This document shows, one piece after another, positions 25,006 to 25,702 of a stretch of DNA of 25,702 bases. The translations under genes were made by a program, and so were the position numbers. The stretch lies in assembly GCA_039803745.1 (NCBI GenBank), contig JBDRZD010000028.1, forward strand, positions 1-25,702, written 5' to 3'. Numbering within the stretch: the first letter of the stretch is position 1; the number at the start of each line of letters is the position of its first letter. The notes beneath the pieces were generated by a model. That model saw only the letters and a program-made list of their open reading frames with translations, was not told the DNA's origin and did not search any database. This stretch comes from a candidate division WOR-3 bacterium. GTDB taxonomy: Bacteria > Hydrothermota > Hydrothermia > Hydrothermales > Hydrothermaceae.

Positions 25006-25702
25006 ATAAGAAAATACAATTCCTTAATCTGCTTTATTCTATTCTTTTTTGGCATTCTATTTAAAAAATTAAATTTTCCATCATTTTCTTTAATTTTATT
25101 CATAATCCTCTCATTCTTTATTTTAAAAGAAAATTTTTTCTGGATTTTAGTTTTTCTTTCAGGTTATTTTTATTTTCAAAATAATTATAAAATTTCAAAG
25201 GATTTTCTGATAATAAATAAAAATTTACACAACTATTTTTCAAAAATAATTGATGATAATTTTAATAAAAGTGATTCAGAATTCTTAAAAGCAATAATTC
25301 TCGGTGAAAAAGGTAAACTTTCAAAGGATTTAAAGGAAAAATTCAAAAGAACAGGGACAATCCATTTCTTTGCAATATCAGGGCTTCATATGGGAATAGT
25401 ATTCTTTTTCTTTTTCATTCTATTCAGAATTTTAAGAATAAATTATAAATTTGCAAACCTTTTAGCAAGTCTATCAATTTTAATTTATACAACCATTTTA
25501 CCATTAAGACCGTCAATTTTAAGGGCAAATATAATGATTTTAACATTTTCTCTTATGGAATTTTTTGAAAGAAAAAGCCTTCCATTAAATACACTTGGCT
25601 TTGCAGGATTTTTATCACTTTTGATAAATCCCTCATGGGCTTTTGACCATGGATTTTTACTTTCCTATCTTGCAACAGGAGGAATATTATTTTTATATCC
25701 TC
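25006..25702 (+). CDS. comEC: ComEC/Rec2 competence protein, partial (runs off window); non-canonical start
   Basis: Frame +1 is open from 25000 to the end: AIILGEKGKL...FKRTGTIHFFAISGLHMG...RPSILRANIM...NTLGFAG...LINPSWAFDHGFLLSYLAT. It is not in the supplied ORF track. The start is inferred as ATA 25006. Confidence 0.88.
   Translation, partial: MRKYNSLICFILFFFGILFKKLNFPSFSLILFIILSFFILKENFFWILVFLSGYFYFQNNYKISKDFLIINKNLHNYFSKIIDDNFNKSDSEFLKAIILGEKGKLSKDLKEKFKRTGTIHFFAISGLHMGIVFFFFFILFRILRINYKFANLLASLSILIYTTILPLRPSILRANIMILTFSLMEFFERKSLPLNTLGFAGFLSLLINPSWAFDHGFLLSYLATGGILFLYP

Noticed and set aside
1..25702. CRISPR arrays, tRNA/rRNA, riboswitches, IS elements or prophage
   Set aside because: No intergenic gap exceeds ~60 bp, no GC-rich structured segment is visible, and no transposase, integrase or phage genes are present.

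Overview
A very AT-rich, densely packed bacterial chromosomal window. The Lys/Glu/Ile-rich proteins and a Thermus-type aminopropyltransferase suggest a thermophile. A T9SS-like C-terminal domain and DUF3108 suggest an FCB-associated or WOR-3-like lineage (inference only). There are four blocks. (1) 13-9078 (+): an envelope operon with a thioester-bearing alpha-2-macroglobulin, a transpeptidase-only PBP, a SpoIID/LytB-HExxH fusion, a membrane-anchored hypothetical and an iron-sulfur flavoprotein. (2) 14929-9081 (-): an M6 metalloprotease with FG-GAP repeats and a T9SS-like CTD, polyprenol-phosphate mannose synthase, DUF47 and a PiT phosphate transporter. (3) 14990-22720 (+): ugd, uxs, an archaeal-looking sdhA-C-D-B, COG2426, DUF3108 and speE. 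(4) 22762-end (+): yebC-ruvC-ruvA (no ruvB), a Roadblock/LC7 protein and a partial comEC with no canonical start codon. The most interesting signals are: a divergent locus coupling a D-(S/T)-hydrophobic sequon-rich secreted protease to Man/GlcA/Xyl donor enzymes (candidate Bacteroidota-like protein O-glycosylation), with a start-codon-to-start-codon dyad-symmetric bidirectional promoter between the two halves; and a hybrid alpha-2-macroglobulin operon. No rRNA, tRNA, CRISPR or mobile element was seen.
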